This document shows positions 29,301-42,129 of a stretch of 64,000 nt of DNA, piece by piece. Below the pieces are notes generated by a model. That model searched no databases. It had not been told where the DNA came from and saw nothing but the letters and a program-made list of their open reading frames with translations. Source of the DNA: Zygnema circumcarinatum SAG 698-1b (taxonomy: Eukaryota > Plantae > Zygnematophyceae). A program made the position numbers and the translations under genes. Numbering within the stretch: position 1 is the first letter of the stretch; each line of letters opens with the position of its first letter. The DNA is taken from positions 1,438,617-1,502,616 of the forward strand of contig CM074818.1 in NCBI GenBank assembly GCA_037447605.1. Reading direction: 5' to 3'.

Positions 29301-31000
29301 TACAACGCTTGTATCTCGAAATGGTGCGTTCCTCTCCCCCTCCCCTCTCTATCTCTCCCACTCTCCCTTTCTCTCCCTCTTTCTACCCCCCTCTACTTTC
29401 CCCCCACTTGTCTCTCTCTCTCGCTCCTTCCCCACCTCCTTTTCTCTCCCCACTCGTTGCTCCATCCATCTCCCACCGTAGACTTTTCTGGATTCCAAAA
29501 TTTTCAGCATACATACCCTTTCTTCCTTTAACATGGAACATATTAGATTCCAATATATTTTGCTGTGTAGGCTTGTGAAGTTTCTTTCCATGATAATCAC
29601 AATATTAGAAAGGTTTTGTGGCTTTGAACCTTGCCCCCTTCTCTCCGCGCCTCTTGCCAAGTGACTGAAAGACAAGGGAAGGACTTGCACAATGGAGCTG
29701 CCTTGGAGCTGGCATTTCAAATATTTGAGCCGTTCTATGTAGCAAATCTCTGTTTTCAAAACAGTCATCGTTTTCATGAATGCTGGTGTTCCCTCTTTGG
29801 TTTTTTTAAACAATTTTTTTCTTACAATAATATTTTTCCGGTCGAATGCAGGTATTATAAGCTTTCATCTCCCATGGTTTTGACAGGGGAATGGAGTCAT
29901 TCTGATGACACTCTTTTTGTTAAAGCGTAAGTCTCTCTCTCTCTTTTCCCCCTCTCTTTGGCTCTTGCACCCAATGAACTTTGAGTCTAAGCCTCAGAAA
30001 GAAATCTCTATTGAAAGGTAAAGAGTCTCTCTCTCTCTCTTTTTCTCTCTCTTAGTCTCTCTCCCTCGCTCCCTCTCTCTCTCTTTTCCTCTCTCTCTCT
30101 CTCTCACACATCCACACATTGATTGCATGGGAACATCGGGAACAGCTTGCTTTCGATGGAGTATGACTTGGAAGTGAACGTGCAGTGGGACTCTTTGCTG
30201 CCTCACAGGTGGGGGATGTTCCATTTCTCTCCTTGCAGTTCTGGAAAGGCAATAGGTACCAAGACATCCGTAAGCCCAATCGCTCACGTTTTATTTATTG
30301 ATTTTTTCTGCCCTTTTGCAGGTCTGGAGAAGTTTGTGAGAAGAGATGGAATGAGATGAAAAAACATTTTCCGATTCTTAATTCGTTTAATGAAAATTTG
30401 GAAACTGCACGTCGTCGATTTGCTGCCGATGAAGAAGCAAATTCGGAAATTGGCGATGAAGAAGGAGCGCAGACGCTTTTGGAGATGGAAGAGAGGGAGA
30501 GAGGCGGGAGTGGAAGTGGAGAGAGGGAGGAGCAGAATGGAACAGAAGATGGCGAGAGGGATGGTGCTAAAGTGGAGGGAGATGGTAGTGGAGCTGGAGA
30601 AGAGGAGGTAGGAGAGAGGGAGGTAGACGATAAGCAGGAGGGGAAACTAGGAATAAAATGCAGCGATGATGTGGAAGTGAGAGGTGATGGGGGTAATGGG
30701 GGAAAATTGGAGGAGGAGAAAGGAGGGAATAAGAGGAAAGGGGAGGAGGGGAAGGGAGGAGGACATGATAGCATAGAAGTGGGATGCAAGGCGGGAGAGA
30801 GGGAGAAGGGAAAGAAAAGGAGAGGGAGGGGAGGTATAGGTGAGTTGAAAGAAGGGAAGGGGGACGAGGAAAAGGAAGGAGGTTGTAATGAGCAAAGAGT
30901 TGAAGGTGAAGGGGAGAAGGAGGGGATAAGGATGGAAGAGGAGGGCGGAGTGGAGGGACGGAGAAGAATGGAGGTGGAGTCGATGGCATGTAAGTCATGA
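26305..31000 (+). CDS. Multi-MYB/SANT repeat protein, Reb1/TTF1/DMTF1-like (plant RNA polymerase I termination factor-like)
   Basis: Exons ~26305-26937, 27159-27246, 27831-27945, 28573-28678, 28912-29012, 29247-29323, 29852-29926, 30146-30208, 30322-31000. MYB repeats GPYSEQEDLII, GRWTAEEEDRLRRLYAQHGPNW, GGWSHEEMEKL...IDWGLIAEKLGKR..CISKW, GEWSHSDD..W..L..R SGEVCEKRW. Charged low-complexity termini; start uncertain. Confidence 0.82.
27946..28442 (+). repeat. GA-rich minisatellite with higher-order duplication
   Basis: Recurring unit agagggagcggaggggaggggg; the block agaagggggcgaggcggaacggagggaggtggagagggagcgg occurs twice about 103 bp apart. Confidence 0.9.
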
Positions 31001-31424
31001 AAGAGACTAAGTGAGAAATGAGAGGAGAAGATGATGACTAGAAGTGACTTTGAAAGAAGAGGGAAGAACGGGAGGAGAAAGTGGGAGAGTGGGAGGGGAG
31101 TGGTGGTGAGAAGGCGATGAAGTGTAGAGAAAAGATTGAGAGTGAAAGGGACATCAAAAAGTGCCCTTCCTCTTCATTTTATGAGTAATGGCCGGTGTGA
31201 AAATACTTTGTGAACCAGTGACTATAACATTCGCTAAAAAGAGCATTCAGTCGTGGTCAGGATTTTGTTCCATATTCACGATTATTGAGCGCATGTTTTC
31301 CTTCCTGCCTTTTCTCTTTCTGTTGTATGTCTTCCCTGTAACCCTTCCTGTCCTCTCTCCCTCACCTGCCTCTCTACTCCTTCACTCTCGCCTGACGTCC
31401 CTTCGTTGTTGCCCCCCCCTTCTC

Positions 31425-31458
<34 letters not shown>

Positions 31459-32273
31459 CCATGTCCTCACGGGCGACCGTTTGGGCCGTTTGGGCCACTG
31501 AGCCTCTCGTCTCTCTCGCCATCCTCTCTCTCATGCCCTCTTTTCTCTCACATTCTCTACATTCCTCGCTGTCCCATGTCAGCCCTCAGCTGCCTTCCCC
31601 TTCCTGGTTATTTTTAGCAGGTGGTTGTCTTTCTTATCGGACAATCTTGTTTTCAAGTGCTTTTGCTTCTCGCCTTTTCTCATCCACTCACTAACCCACC
31701 CCGCTTCCCTCCTCTTTAACCTCCCTGGCAATGCTGCAAGACTAGAGGCTAAGCGCTCTTAGAGACAAAGGTTCCACCTTCAGTGTACGGAAAATTCTAC
31801 ACAGCCCTACAGAGTTTATCGTCAGTGTAACTAAACTACTCACAATCTGCATTCCTTCGCAAGGAGAAAGAAAATGAAAAAGAAAATGAGAAATGGGGTT
31901 CGAATATTCTGATTGTCAGCAGTTCACAACCAGCGACAGTTGACGCCAGAGGGGAGGCTCACAGGGTATAACGACATTACTCCGTGGGTCCTCAGTCAAA
32001 CAAAGAATTGGTCCCTGCAACGCTGCAAGGCATGGATGGCGCCCCCCCCCGTGGCCAGCCACGTGCCAGCCAAGTGCTATGTATGGCTACTGTACAACCG
32101 CCAAGGAAGAGGGGGAGCACGCCAAGCCTGGCAATAGCTGCACAGCCCAAATCCCTATAAACTGCAAACAAGGAACAATCTTCGGTCTAAAATAATGCCG
32201 TCCCTAAACAGAATGAATAGGATCTTGAGAAAGAGGGACATCTTGGAAACGAACGGAACCTAATGAACGTAAA

Positions 32274-35200
32274 TCAAGGGGAGGGCCTAAAGGACTCGGG
32301 TCGCCGCAGAGGAATCTCATCCGTCAAGATGGGGTCCTCTGGCCGCTTGGAGAGGGAGCTGATCCTGCTAGGAACGGGAGGAGGCAGGCCTCCATACCCA
32401 CCTGGGAACCCCCCCTTGAAGGAAGCAAGGGGTCAGGCCACACTCTCAAAGCATTTTATCTCGCAGGGAAAACTAAACAGTACAACTCTGAGAACAGAGA
32501 AAGCCCCAAAATAAAGATCTGCCCTGTACTCGCCTTGAAGCTGATGCTCTTCTAAGGTGCAGGAGGTGCAGGAGGTGCAGGAGTTGAAAGAAGGGGAGGG
32601 GTTGTATGGGTGAAAGAATAGTACTCACTGAGGGCAGGAGACATGTCGCTGTGATCCTTCGTGGCATGCAGAAGGAAGGTGCCCGACAAAATGGTAACAA
32701 AGCCGCACAGCTCCGACACGATCTGCTCCATTGTCTGCCTGGCCCAGTCCTGTAAAATTTTAAAGCCCAAAAAAGCAGAGTGACTGATTAGAAGGTGCTA
32801 TACGCAGCTTGGCGCTTGAGGGCACAAAATGAAGGGTTTGAACGTCGCACAGGAAAAGCTTTCAACATTTGAAGTGCCAAGGTTCCCTGAACTTGCGCAC
32901 TTAATCTTGAGCAACCGCAAGTGAAAAGAGCTCAAGGATACATTCTCAAGGGGGTGGAAAGGCACCTCAAACATGATAACTGAGGCCAAGATGGTTAGCG
33001 ATGTGAACATGACGTAGTATATGGGAGATACCACAGCTGTATTGAACGTGTCAAGCGCCTGCCCACACTCAAACAACTCCCCGAATTGAATGAATTGGGA
33101 AATACCGCAAATACTCAACAGGCTGCTTATTGGACGAGATGCACAGGATGCATGCGAGCCCTCTGTTACTCACATGTGACCAGGGACGAGATAAAGAGGC
33201 AGAAAAACGCGAGAAAAATGCAACCATTTCTGCATAAGATGCATTCTTCAGTACAAAGTGCTGTATGTGCTGCAAAACTCCTCACCTTGTTCAGATATGT
33301 GATCTGTGTGAGCACACACGTCACGACCACGAGTGTGAAGACAGCTGTCTCCGGATAAAAAAGCTGATTTTCTCCTTGAAATGTGAGCTTGATTGCCAGG
33401 CCTAGTGCCTTGCAGCTCATAACCTGCATGCAGTGTGAGGTGCTTCTTTCATTCCTACTTCGTTGCTCCAAAATTCAGACTCTACCACAAGAGTTAAGAG
33501 AGGAGAGAATCCTTCACTTGCTCGTCTACTGCAATCCGCTATCTTTCTACAGAGCTACTCTTGACACCATGCAGATATTACTAACACTCTGTGATAAGGC
33601 TCCGTAATGTGTGGGCAGTTCTCAGGTCCTTTTCCATACAGGATCGAGTGGGGCGGTTGAACTGAATACAGCAGATGACCATCCAAGTTTGCATGTAATG
33701 AGGGAGTGCAGAGCCGCGGGAGATACAGGAAGAGGCCTACCGTTAACGATCCCATGAGGGAGCAGATGCCAATGTAGACAAGAATGTGCGTATGGCCACA
33801 TTTTGGCACAAAATGAACCACGAGGAGTACCACAACTCCCAAAACTGACAAAGTGTACAGAATAAATGCTGCTCATTCCCAATCCAAAACCCCATGTCAG
33901 CCAAACTTTGAATGAAAAAGCATTTTCAGACTCGCGCACAGATTTCATTGAAAAATTTTCAGAGACCTAACGTAATCTAAACAATTTGCAATGCAACTAA
34001 AAAACTGTCACGTAAAAAGATCTTCTACTCGTTTCTGTTCGAAACATGACTGCACACATGGTCTGCACCCTTAAAGGCCGACATTATGTGTTTTAATCCT
34101 CGATTTCTGACTTCCTTGTTCAAGCCTGAATGACAGAATTGCATGCCACTTTTAAGTTGATGAATATTCGTTTTGATGCATTCATCGCCGTATCCAATTT
34201 CAGCGGAGAGTTTGTGATAAACGCTAATGTTTGAACAGGCACAGATTAACAGAGCAAGAAAGGACGAGCTCAAACGGACGATTTTCTACCGTCTTTCGGT
34301 GGAGGGCATATTCTTGAAAAAATGGCAGGGTACAGGAAAATACTGGCGAGCTACTATTCTCCAGAAAATCATCAAATTCCACGACTGAGATCCTTACTGC
34401 ATCTTTGGGAAGCCATAAAAGAGAAACCTGAAGGGCATTGAGAGTTAAGGAGTTGAAAAGCCTGTATCGACACTTTTCTTAGATCCTTTACTTCTTCTTC
34501 TTCTTCTTCTTCAACTTTAGACTAAGGGTTAAGGAGGCACAGGATAGAGAGCATACCCGGCTTTAACGCGAGATGCCACACCTGCTGCACGGACTCAATG
34601 GGGCGCTCCTCCGGAGCATGAAGAACAATGGTTGTGGAACCAACGACGCAAAGTGCACAGCCCAACATGCCGAGAACGTGCAGCTTCTCATTCAGGAGAA
34701 TGTGTGCAAGCACAGCACTGCACCCCCCTCACTTTCTGATGGTTACTATGGCAGCCCGCGGCCTGTAAACTACACGAGACCCTTCATTAAAGAGTGAGAT
34801 CAACAGACATCACACTTCAATTTCACGATCATCTACTTCTACCGTTAGGTTTGCACAATTTACAGCAATACAGTGGGATACCATAGGAGTCCGCTTAGCT
34901 TTTTTAAGAAGCTGCCGGGAAGAAAAGCTAACTTCGCACACTCGAAAGGGGCAAAACCGTCAAAACTAACACGCACCGGAAAATTTAGCTAGTTAACGGA
35001 GTCGCCAAAACTGACCTAATAATGATACTTAAGGCTCCAAGCGGAGTGACCAAAATGGCCGGGGCGAACGCATATGCAGCGAAGTTAGCCACTTCCCCCA
35101 CAATCACTGCAGCAGTAACCTCCCAGCCCTCACAGTAAAATTGCTGCATTGCACCAGGAAATCAGTGGCACGTTATCTATTTGAATTTACGTATGATAAA

Positions 35201-36011
35201 CTATTCGCAAAGTTGCATTGCGTCGGGTTTTTCCAATTTGCCGGAGGACAAAGATATAAGCGGTTCAAACAAAGCATCGTGAAATCTGGGTTTATCAAGT
35301 AGAAATAGCTTACTGGATATCATTCCCGCCCACCATAATGGCTCATACAGATAGGAATAGCCACCAAGGCCTGTGAATGGACGAGGTTAGCAATATATTA
35401 GTCGCCAGAAAGCCCCTTAGAAGAACCAACACAGCGGTTTGTGTGCAGACCTTGAGAGAAATTCACATTGGACTGAACCAGAAGGTCAGTCATCTCATAT
35501 CAGTGTAAACCTGAGCAAAAGCCACTGCCTGCATTCCAGTTGCACGCATGCCCGACTTTGCTGTACTCTAATTTCTACCTTACTTGAGCGCCTAGACGTA
35601 GAGTTCAGCTTATAGCTCGTTCCTTTCGTCCTTAGGTCCTTTGTGACCGGTTCCTCTTGGTTCTCAATATTGTTTTTTGTCCATGTACATTTGACGGCAT
35701 CGCCATCGTGAGTTTAATGCCAATTCCTTCTTCTACTTGCTCGTTAAAGAAGAGATGCATACGGGAGCCTAACGCTGCTGGTTGACGGCTCAAGGGAGAA
35801 AAACGAGTGCCATGTTTTCGACGACAAAGCAAGGATTAGGGTTGCCGAATGTGAGCATACCAGCCCTCACTCCAGTCGATCCAGCTTTCCGCAGTCCCTT
35901 CTTCTTCACAATGAAGCTGGCGCCTATGAAGATACTTGAGCTCAGAGCCAAGAAGAGCCCCTTATGGTTGTCATCCATGCCGGTTGCAGGGCCGCTCCCA
36001 ACGTCCTCCAT
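32274..36011 (-). CDS. NIPA: NIPA-family probable magnesium transporter
   Basis: 9 coding exons. DNHKGLFLALSSSIFIGASFIVKKKGL, GEVANFAAYAFAPAILVTPLGALSII, ALDTFNTAVVSPIYYVMFTSLTI; C-terminus DEIPLRRPESFRPSP*. Probable 5'UTR intron with donor near 36286. Confidence 0.95.
35601..35730 (+). repeat. Dispersed repeat family, copy B (in NIPA intron)
   Basis: ctttcgtccttaggtcctttgtgacc...ggttctc...ttgtccatgtacatt is shared with 54966-55072 and with the reverse complement of 37160-37270. Confidence 0.8.
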
Positions 36012-37159
36012 TGGCAAAGTGATCGCAGCCAGTGTGGCTCAATATGCAATGCGAGGACAGCCTCTTTCGTTTCGTTCCTGGATGATATATACCTTCCTAA
36101 TGTAGTCACAGTTCACAACTATAACTCAGCTTAATATTCTGCTTAGCCCGGTACGAAGCAGAATGATGAGGCAACCAGATGAGGCCTTCACGCGAGAAGA
36201 TATCAAGCACATGGCTCATCCGCTGCAACGCCTCACAGTCGAAGAGGAACCCTAATATCCTCCAGTCCGACAGGACCCTTACACTTACAGTACTGCTCTC
36301 CCTCCTCCGCAGATGAAAGTCGAGAGAAAGAAGAACGAAAATCGAAAGAAAGGCGGGCGACGAGGGAGACGAGGGCGAGCCTCTAGCCTGTGCCTGCAGG
36401 CCCCCAGTGCTCCACCGCGGGAGAGGGAGAGGACGAGGAAGCGAGACGGAGAGGGAGCTGGAGGCAGAGAGAGACAAAGAACAGCTACAGCAGGGCCAGG
36501 CCCATTACTGTCCTTCCATGTACCTGTGCACCCGTTCCGAAACTGGATACGGAACGGCGGCATAGGACTACTCTCAACAGTGGACCCACCGTAGCTTGTT
36601 GAGGTTCTGCTGAAGTCACGTGGCGCTATTAGAACCGTCGGATCGCATGCGATCGCGTTCGTCGGTGCAGGTGCATCCGCGTGGCTGGAGTACCGTACCG
36701 TACGAAATTGGTACGGTATTGGGGACCCATGTTTGAAATATGAATGGGTCCGACCGTTGGGAATTTTTTTAGAGAGTCAGGGGAGGCCAGGGATGGTGCT
36801 AACCAATGGTCATGTGATTTTAGTCAGTTAGTCAGTCACCAAGTTCAGATGGTCACAACTATTTGTTGGGAGTCGCCCTAGAGGAATTCAAGCCTAGGCT
36901 TTCTGCTCAGGTAGCCCAGCCTTAGTCGCGCATCGTCCAATGGCGACACCCCACGTACACAATTTTGTGACCCGCGAGTCACCATTGGAAGGTGCTTGAC
37001 TATGATTCGCAATGGCTAATGGTTAAGCCATGGTTAAATTCCTTGATGGGAGCCTTACAACTTACAAATCAGGATCCCTGTTATCCAATAACGCGCTGCG
37101 CGCTCTGCACACGCCAAATGGTCCATAGAATGTCCTCCTGGCGAAGTTGGAACTGCCAT

Positions 37160-37270
37160 GTGTCGATCGATGTCATCCGATGTGCATGGACAAAAACAAC
37201 ATGGGGAACCACGAGGGACCAGCCGGCCACAAGGGATCTAGGGGCGACAAGAAAACGCTGTGAGCTGAAA
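37160..37270 (-). repeat. Dispersed repeat family, copy C (inverted)
   Basis: Reverse complement reads ttcagctcacagcgttttcttgtcgcccctagatcccttgtggccggctggtccctcgtggttccccatgttgtttttgtccatgcacat. Confidence 0.8.
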
Positions 37271-37281
37271 GCGATGGGAGA

Positions 37282-37393
37282 TGATGGCGATGGCGATGGC
37301 GATGGCGATGGCGATGGCGATGGGAGGTTATGAACAAGGTCCTGGGTCACGGGTCACGGGTCACGGGTCACGGGTCACGGGTTACGGGTCATG
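37282..37393 (+). repeat. Adjacent (GATGGC)n and (GGGTCAC)n tandem arrays
   Basis: About 7 hexamers at 37283-37323; 5 perfect plus 2 variant heptamers at 37344-37392. Confidence 0.93.
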
Positions 37394-37920
37394 GTCCGCC
37401 TGGTCATGGGCCATGACCCCGGTCATTGAGATCTCTTGCCCCGCGACCACGACCCTCGCTGCCGCGGAGGGTCAGGGCATAAAAAGAGGTTAAGAGCGAG
37501 CCAATCACAGCCTACCACGTTACATATTTGTACACGTGGCAGTCTGTGAGTGGCCCAGTTTCGACCCAGGGGTTAAATGGAGCGCCGCCCTGCGCGTCCT
37601 GTTAGGTCAAAGGATTCGTACATCCATTCTACTGTACGGCGACGCGGCCAACTGCCAAGTGCCAACTGCCAATCTGCCAATCTGCCGACCCGCCAACCAT
37701 TGGCCGCCGCCTCTTTAGGGCAGCGGCGCCACGCTGCCACGTTCCTCTCCTTCCCTCTCCATCCCTCCTCTTCCACTCCCTCTCCCTTTCCCTCCCTCTC
37801 CGCTCTCCCTCTCCCTCTACTCACCTACCCTCCATCCCCTCTCTCTCGCGGAGCCATGCCGACGTCCTGCTGAGGGGCGAGAGCAGAGCTCCGCTCGAGG
37901 ACCTGCAGGAGAGGAAGCCA

Positions 37921-39823
37921 ATGGGAGAAGGTGAGTCGGTGCAGGACGCGGTGGCCTAGCTGGTCATTCCCGTTGAGAACTTAAAAAAGTAGTGTTTCTC
38001 GCCAGGGCATTCGTGTCATGGCAGCATGCGCGAGCTGAAATTCATTAAGTATATTAGGAATTGAGCTGCTGTTGTTGCCACTGGTTCCTTAGGCATTCTT
38101 GAGCTGGTACAGGGTTAGGTTAGGTCCTTGGCTCAGCCTCTTTGTCTCGTCCAATTTCAATGTGTTGGTCTTGAAGGAGCTTTGAATGTCACATTCGGGA
38201 GAACAGGCAGACAGACAGCTAAGAGTGCTACTTACTAAGTAGTGTGTGCTTTCGCCATGCTTAGCGGAGGGTGGGAAAGGCCTACTTGTTCAGAAAATGA
38301 ATGCCGTGTTGGTTCTGAGGAACATGCGAAATGTTTCAAGGATTGTATCGGAAGAAGAACAGCTTGATGCGACAATAGTGATGCCAACTTCCAAATCGGG
38401 AAGGATAGTGAAGCAATGCCGGACGTCACGTTGAAAGAAGATAGGCTACTTTCTCCAGGATGAATTCTCAGCTGACAGCAGTGTCTCGATTCCACCTTCG
38501 ACTTCCAGCCACTGTAGATGGCGCATTAGTGGAGCGGCTCGTAAGAAAGGAATTTTTTTCTTGTTAGAGCGAAGGGCTTGCTTGCAGGTCGATATGAATG
38601 CACGGATTGCAAGACATTCAAAGCGGAACTGGACTCGGTTTTGTTGATCGTGCTATCTGGAAATTATACTTACGTGTGTGCTAATGACTTGATGGAGGGT
38701 GTCGGATCACAGCTGCAGTATGTGAAGTCCTGCTATGGAGAAGACCTGTTACGGCTCTGCTGATCCTGGCAGCTGGCACGGCAGCATACTTCCATTGCCA
38801 TGTGCTAAACCGCTCCGCCTTCGCCCTCGCTGCTGAGACTTTGTTAGTCCTCACATGTGCTGCAGGTATCCTCGGCTTCCTGTCGCGGCATCTGAACTGC
38901 AGGTAAAAGTTTGAAGTAGGTGTGGCTACCAACTCTGGAACGAGATACGATTCTTCTGTAGATGGACAATATGAGGTTGAGATGCTTCTTCGGACGTTTT
39001 TTTTGCATTTTTTGGCCTGTAAGTATGTAAGCATGTCGCTTCTCCAAATGATGTAGTTCAATTGTCGGATGCAGGGTTCCAGTTGATCCTCTTAACTTTC
39101 TGCTGTCAGAAGAGTCAGCAGTTAGCGCTGTGGCCTTCCTTGTCAACCTTGTTGGAGCAGCGGAAGGCGTTCTCAGAGTGGCAGCAAGTGGTTCAGACTA
39201 TCGCCTCTTTGCAAAGGTGTAGTGATCAACACCTCGCACTTGGGCATTCTTGTGTTGCCTATTGACTTCGTGGCGCTTCAACGCAGCTCGACTGATTAGC
39301 AAGTGACGCTTAGGCACGTGCACTTTGTGCTTTGGCCCGACTCCATGTACCACATGTCAGCCCCTCCCCACTCAGTTTTTTCTTTAAGTTGTAGTCCTAC
39401 TTAATTGCATGTGCTGGCAGTCAAATGGAACTCACATGTTTCCTACATTTCCTTCTTTGTTTACAGGTGGTCACATTCTTTTACATTGTATCTGCAATAG
39501 GGCGGGCGTGCACAGGCGCCACTGCAGCGTATATAGGTGGGTGCACCACTCTCGATACAACACCTGCATCTCAGTCCTTTCCGTCTCCTTTCCAAATGAC
39601 CCTCAAAGCATTGCACCAATTTGGACCCCTCTGGTGACCTTCTGCTTCCCAAATTGCAGTTCTCTGGCTGTCCTTCATTGTACCCTACCTCTGCAACAAG
39701 ATGTGCCCCGAGCAGTCAGCCCACTGCTCATCTACTATTCCCGAACGCTTCCTCCACAAAGCTCGGTTTCGGAAAGGAGGGCTCAGTATTGCTTTCCAGC
39801 AGTCCAAGCAAACGGAGTTCTAA
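37921..39823 (+). CDS. Reticulon-like protein, RTNLB22/23-type
   Basis: Exons 37921-37930, ~38713/38719-38902, 39075-39216, 39468-39536, 39660-39823. Translation: VLLWRRP..LILAAGTAAYFHC...RHLNCRVPVDPL...VGAAEGVLRVAASGSDYRLFAKVVTFFYIVSAIGR. Mostly missed by the ORF track; 5' exon tentative. Confidence 0.85.
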
Positions 39824-41296
39824 GCCAATCGCAGCAAGCGGAACCCCGTCCTCTTTTTTTTCTTTGTGCTGTCTTTGGAGGGCTGCCCATCCCATCTCAT
39901 CCCTGCTTGACCTTTTTTTTGGTTTCTGTAGAATCCCTCCCAAGCAGCCCTTATGGGCGCTCAGCTCGGAATTGATCTATCTCACATTCTTTTGTATAGC
40001 CTAAATTCTTTTTTTCGAAATGAACAATGAGAAATCTGACGTAGTCGGAAACGATTCTCTTTACTACGGGTTTCCAGGTTTAGAAAAGTTTCACACTTTC
40101 TGAATTCGAAAGCACTACAATACTCTTTCCTGCTAAATAAGTCGGGATTACGAAGACCCTAATAAGAAGTACTTTTGACGAACAAATTTCAAGTTTCTTT
40201 CATCCAAACAAACTTCAGTACCTTCTTTTCTACTTTTGAAACGTGCCTCAGTGCCTTCTGTTGTGCTACAGTCGCATTGGCAGGCAGATGACCTGAAATA
40301 ACGCCTGTCCCTATATTGTATGTTGCTGTGCTCACGTGGCAATGCATTGTGCCTGAACTCAAGCCTACAGACTGCTCCCTTTCTGTATATGTTTTAGCTG
40401 GTTTGCCAAAAAGTGCTTTCTGTGACTTTCTTCTTCCCGGTCGGTACTAATAGATTTCGTCTTGCAAAGCTCTTTCCTGGGCTATTCATTTTAAGAAAAC
40501 ACCGGGTAGGACTCCATATCGCATACAATGTCTAGATAGTACGAATCACAGCTCGCCGCGTCTAAAAATATGCAAAAATGACGAAACATAGGTCACACAG
40601 CAAGGTGCCTTCCCATGAAGACCCGCCCACAGTCGACTCAAGTTTGGCTTCGAATGCTACTTGCCTCAGAAGCCGCGCAGGAAATAAATTTTGCCTCTTA
40701 TCTACATTAGGGCACGTCAATCTTTGACAATTTTGTTTTAGGAAATCAAAACTTTACGTTTCGCTGAACCACTTATTTCGCAGTAAACAGTGTGCTGGTT
40801 TAGAATTGTACTTTTTTGAATGTCAAACATTGACACGCCATATTGCTTGGGTAATTCATTAGTTTTTAAAAAAAAAAAGGGGGGTACCACGACCGGATCA
40901 TGTTTTTAGTTCCAACCACCTCACTGGTCAAAGGCTGACTTGCCTGCCAAGTCAGCCTTTGACCATTCTGGGAGACCTTCACTCGGAGACTGCTTTACAA
41001 GGGTCTGTAGGAATTTTAGGTTTCCTTCGGACCACTGAAACAAACTGGCATGCTGAAGCAGCAAAAAAGCATGCAGCCCACAGAATTTGAAACCAAAACT
41101 TGGAAGCTGAAAACTCACATTTTGAGGCATACAAGCAGCTTCGAGAGATATCGAGATGTATTCCACAAGCAAACCTTACCGTTACGAACAAACAGAGCAA
41201 AAATGTAGGTTTGGCAAATTTCTTTCAAGAAAGCAACATACCTGCTTTATTATTAACTTCCAACAAAAAATTGCATGCCATTTTCAATGGCAAACC

Positions 41297-42129
41297 TCAT
41301 GTCCTTCCAACAGCTTCAAGTGCTTCTATCAGGACCACGCTGTTCCCTCGGATCACCTGCACAAAGAAACGAGGGAGCGATTGGAACCAATTCAAAGACT
41401 CTTTCCCGGAGCAGGGAGGATTCAATGCCAGACTTGACTGCGATTGCAAGCTATGCCAGTCAGCTTGGTAGGAAAGCCTCGAGGGGGGAAGACGAAGACG
41501 AGAGGAGAAGACGAAGCTGCGGAAGAGGCAGAAACGCTCACCACCATGCCTATCTCATTCTTGTCGCTGCCTGTCACTTCCACTGTGTTGTCTAGCACAA
41601 GGTTCATGAACTGATCAAATCCCCGCAGTGTTCCAATGACGTTCCTGTTGGCGTTCAGTTTAACTGCACAAACGCACAATGACATCAAACATACGTGAAG
41701 CACAACAATGAAAAAAATTTACTGCACGTTGAGAGTTGGAATTTCTATGGCCATGATGACTTATGCACATAATGGAAAGCCGCTTCGAGAAAAGAAAAAC
41801 TTACTGTTAAGACGTTTGTCCATGTATCTGCAAGCAGAAAACGACTAGAATCCATATTAGCTGCAGGAATCCATAATTTGCTACGACACAGAACCAAAAC
41901 AGTTTTAAACACTCCGCAGATTATAGCAGCGAACACTTGCAAACAGCCAAGGCAAACAGAGCAACTAAACCGCAGCACAAAACCTAAAGCATTTCAAGCA
42001 AGCATCGCACCCTATGATTCACAACGCATCACGAATTCCATAAACATAGAAATCATTCTGCTTGCGTGCTACTCCAGTCAGAGTCGCAGTTCACTTTTTG
42101 AGATCCGGCGGCTGCCCCGACTTGCTCAT
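41297..42129 (-). CDS. SmG: Small nuclear ribonucleoprotein G
   Basis: Exons 42129-42095, 41827-41805, 41663-41542, 41356-41297 give [48 protein letters not shown]...[23 protein letters not shown]. Confidence 0.97.

Noticed and set aside
37546-37580. B-box-like gtttcgaccc suggesting a tRNA or SINE
   Set aside because: No A-box or cloverleaf. No tRNA, rRNA or snRNA gene was recognised anywhere in the window.
38246-38763. Extra reticulon exons from ORFs 38246-38434 and 38578-38763
   Set aside because: No phase-compatible GT donors were found, and exon 1 joins the 38713/38719 acceptor in frame without them.
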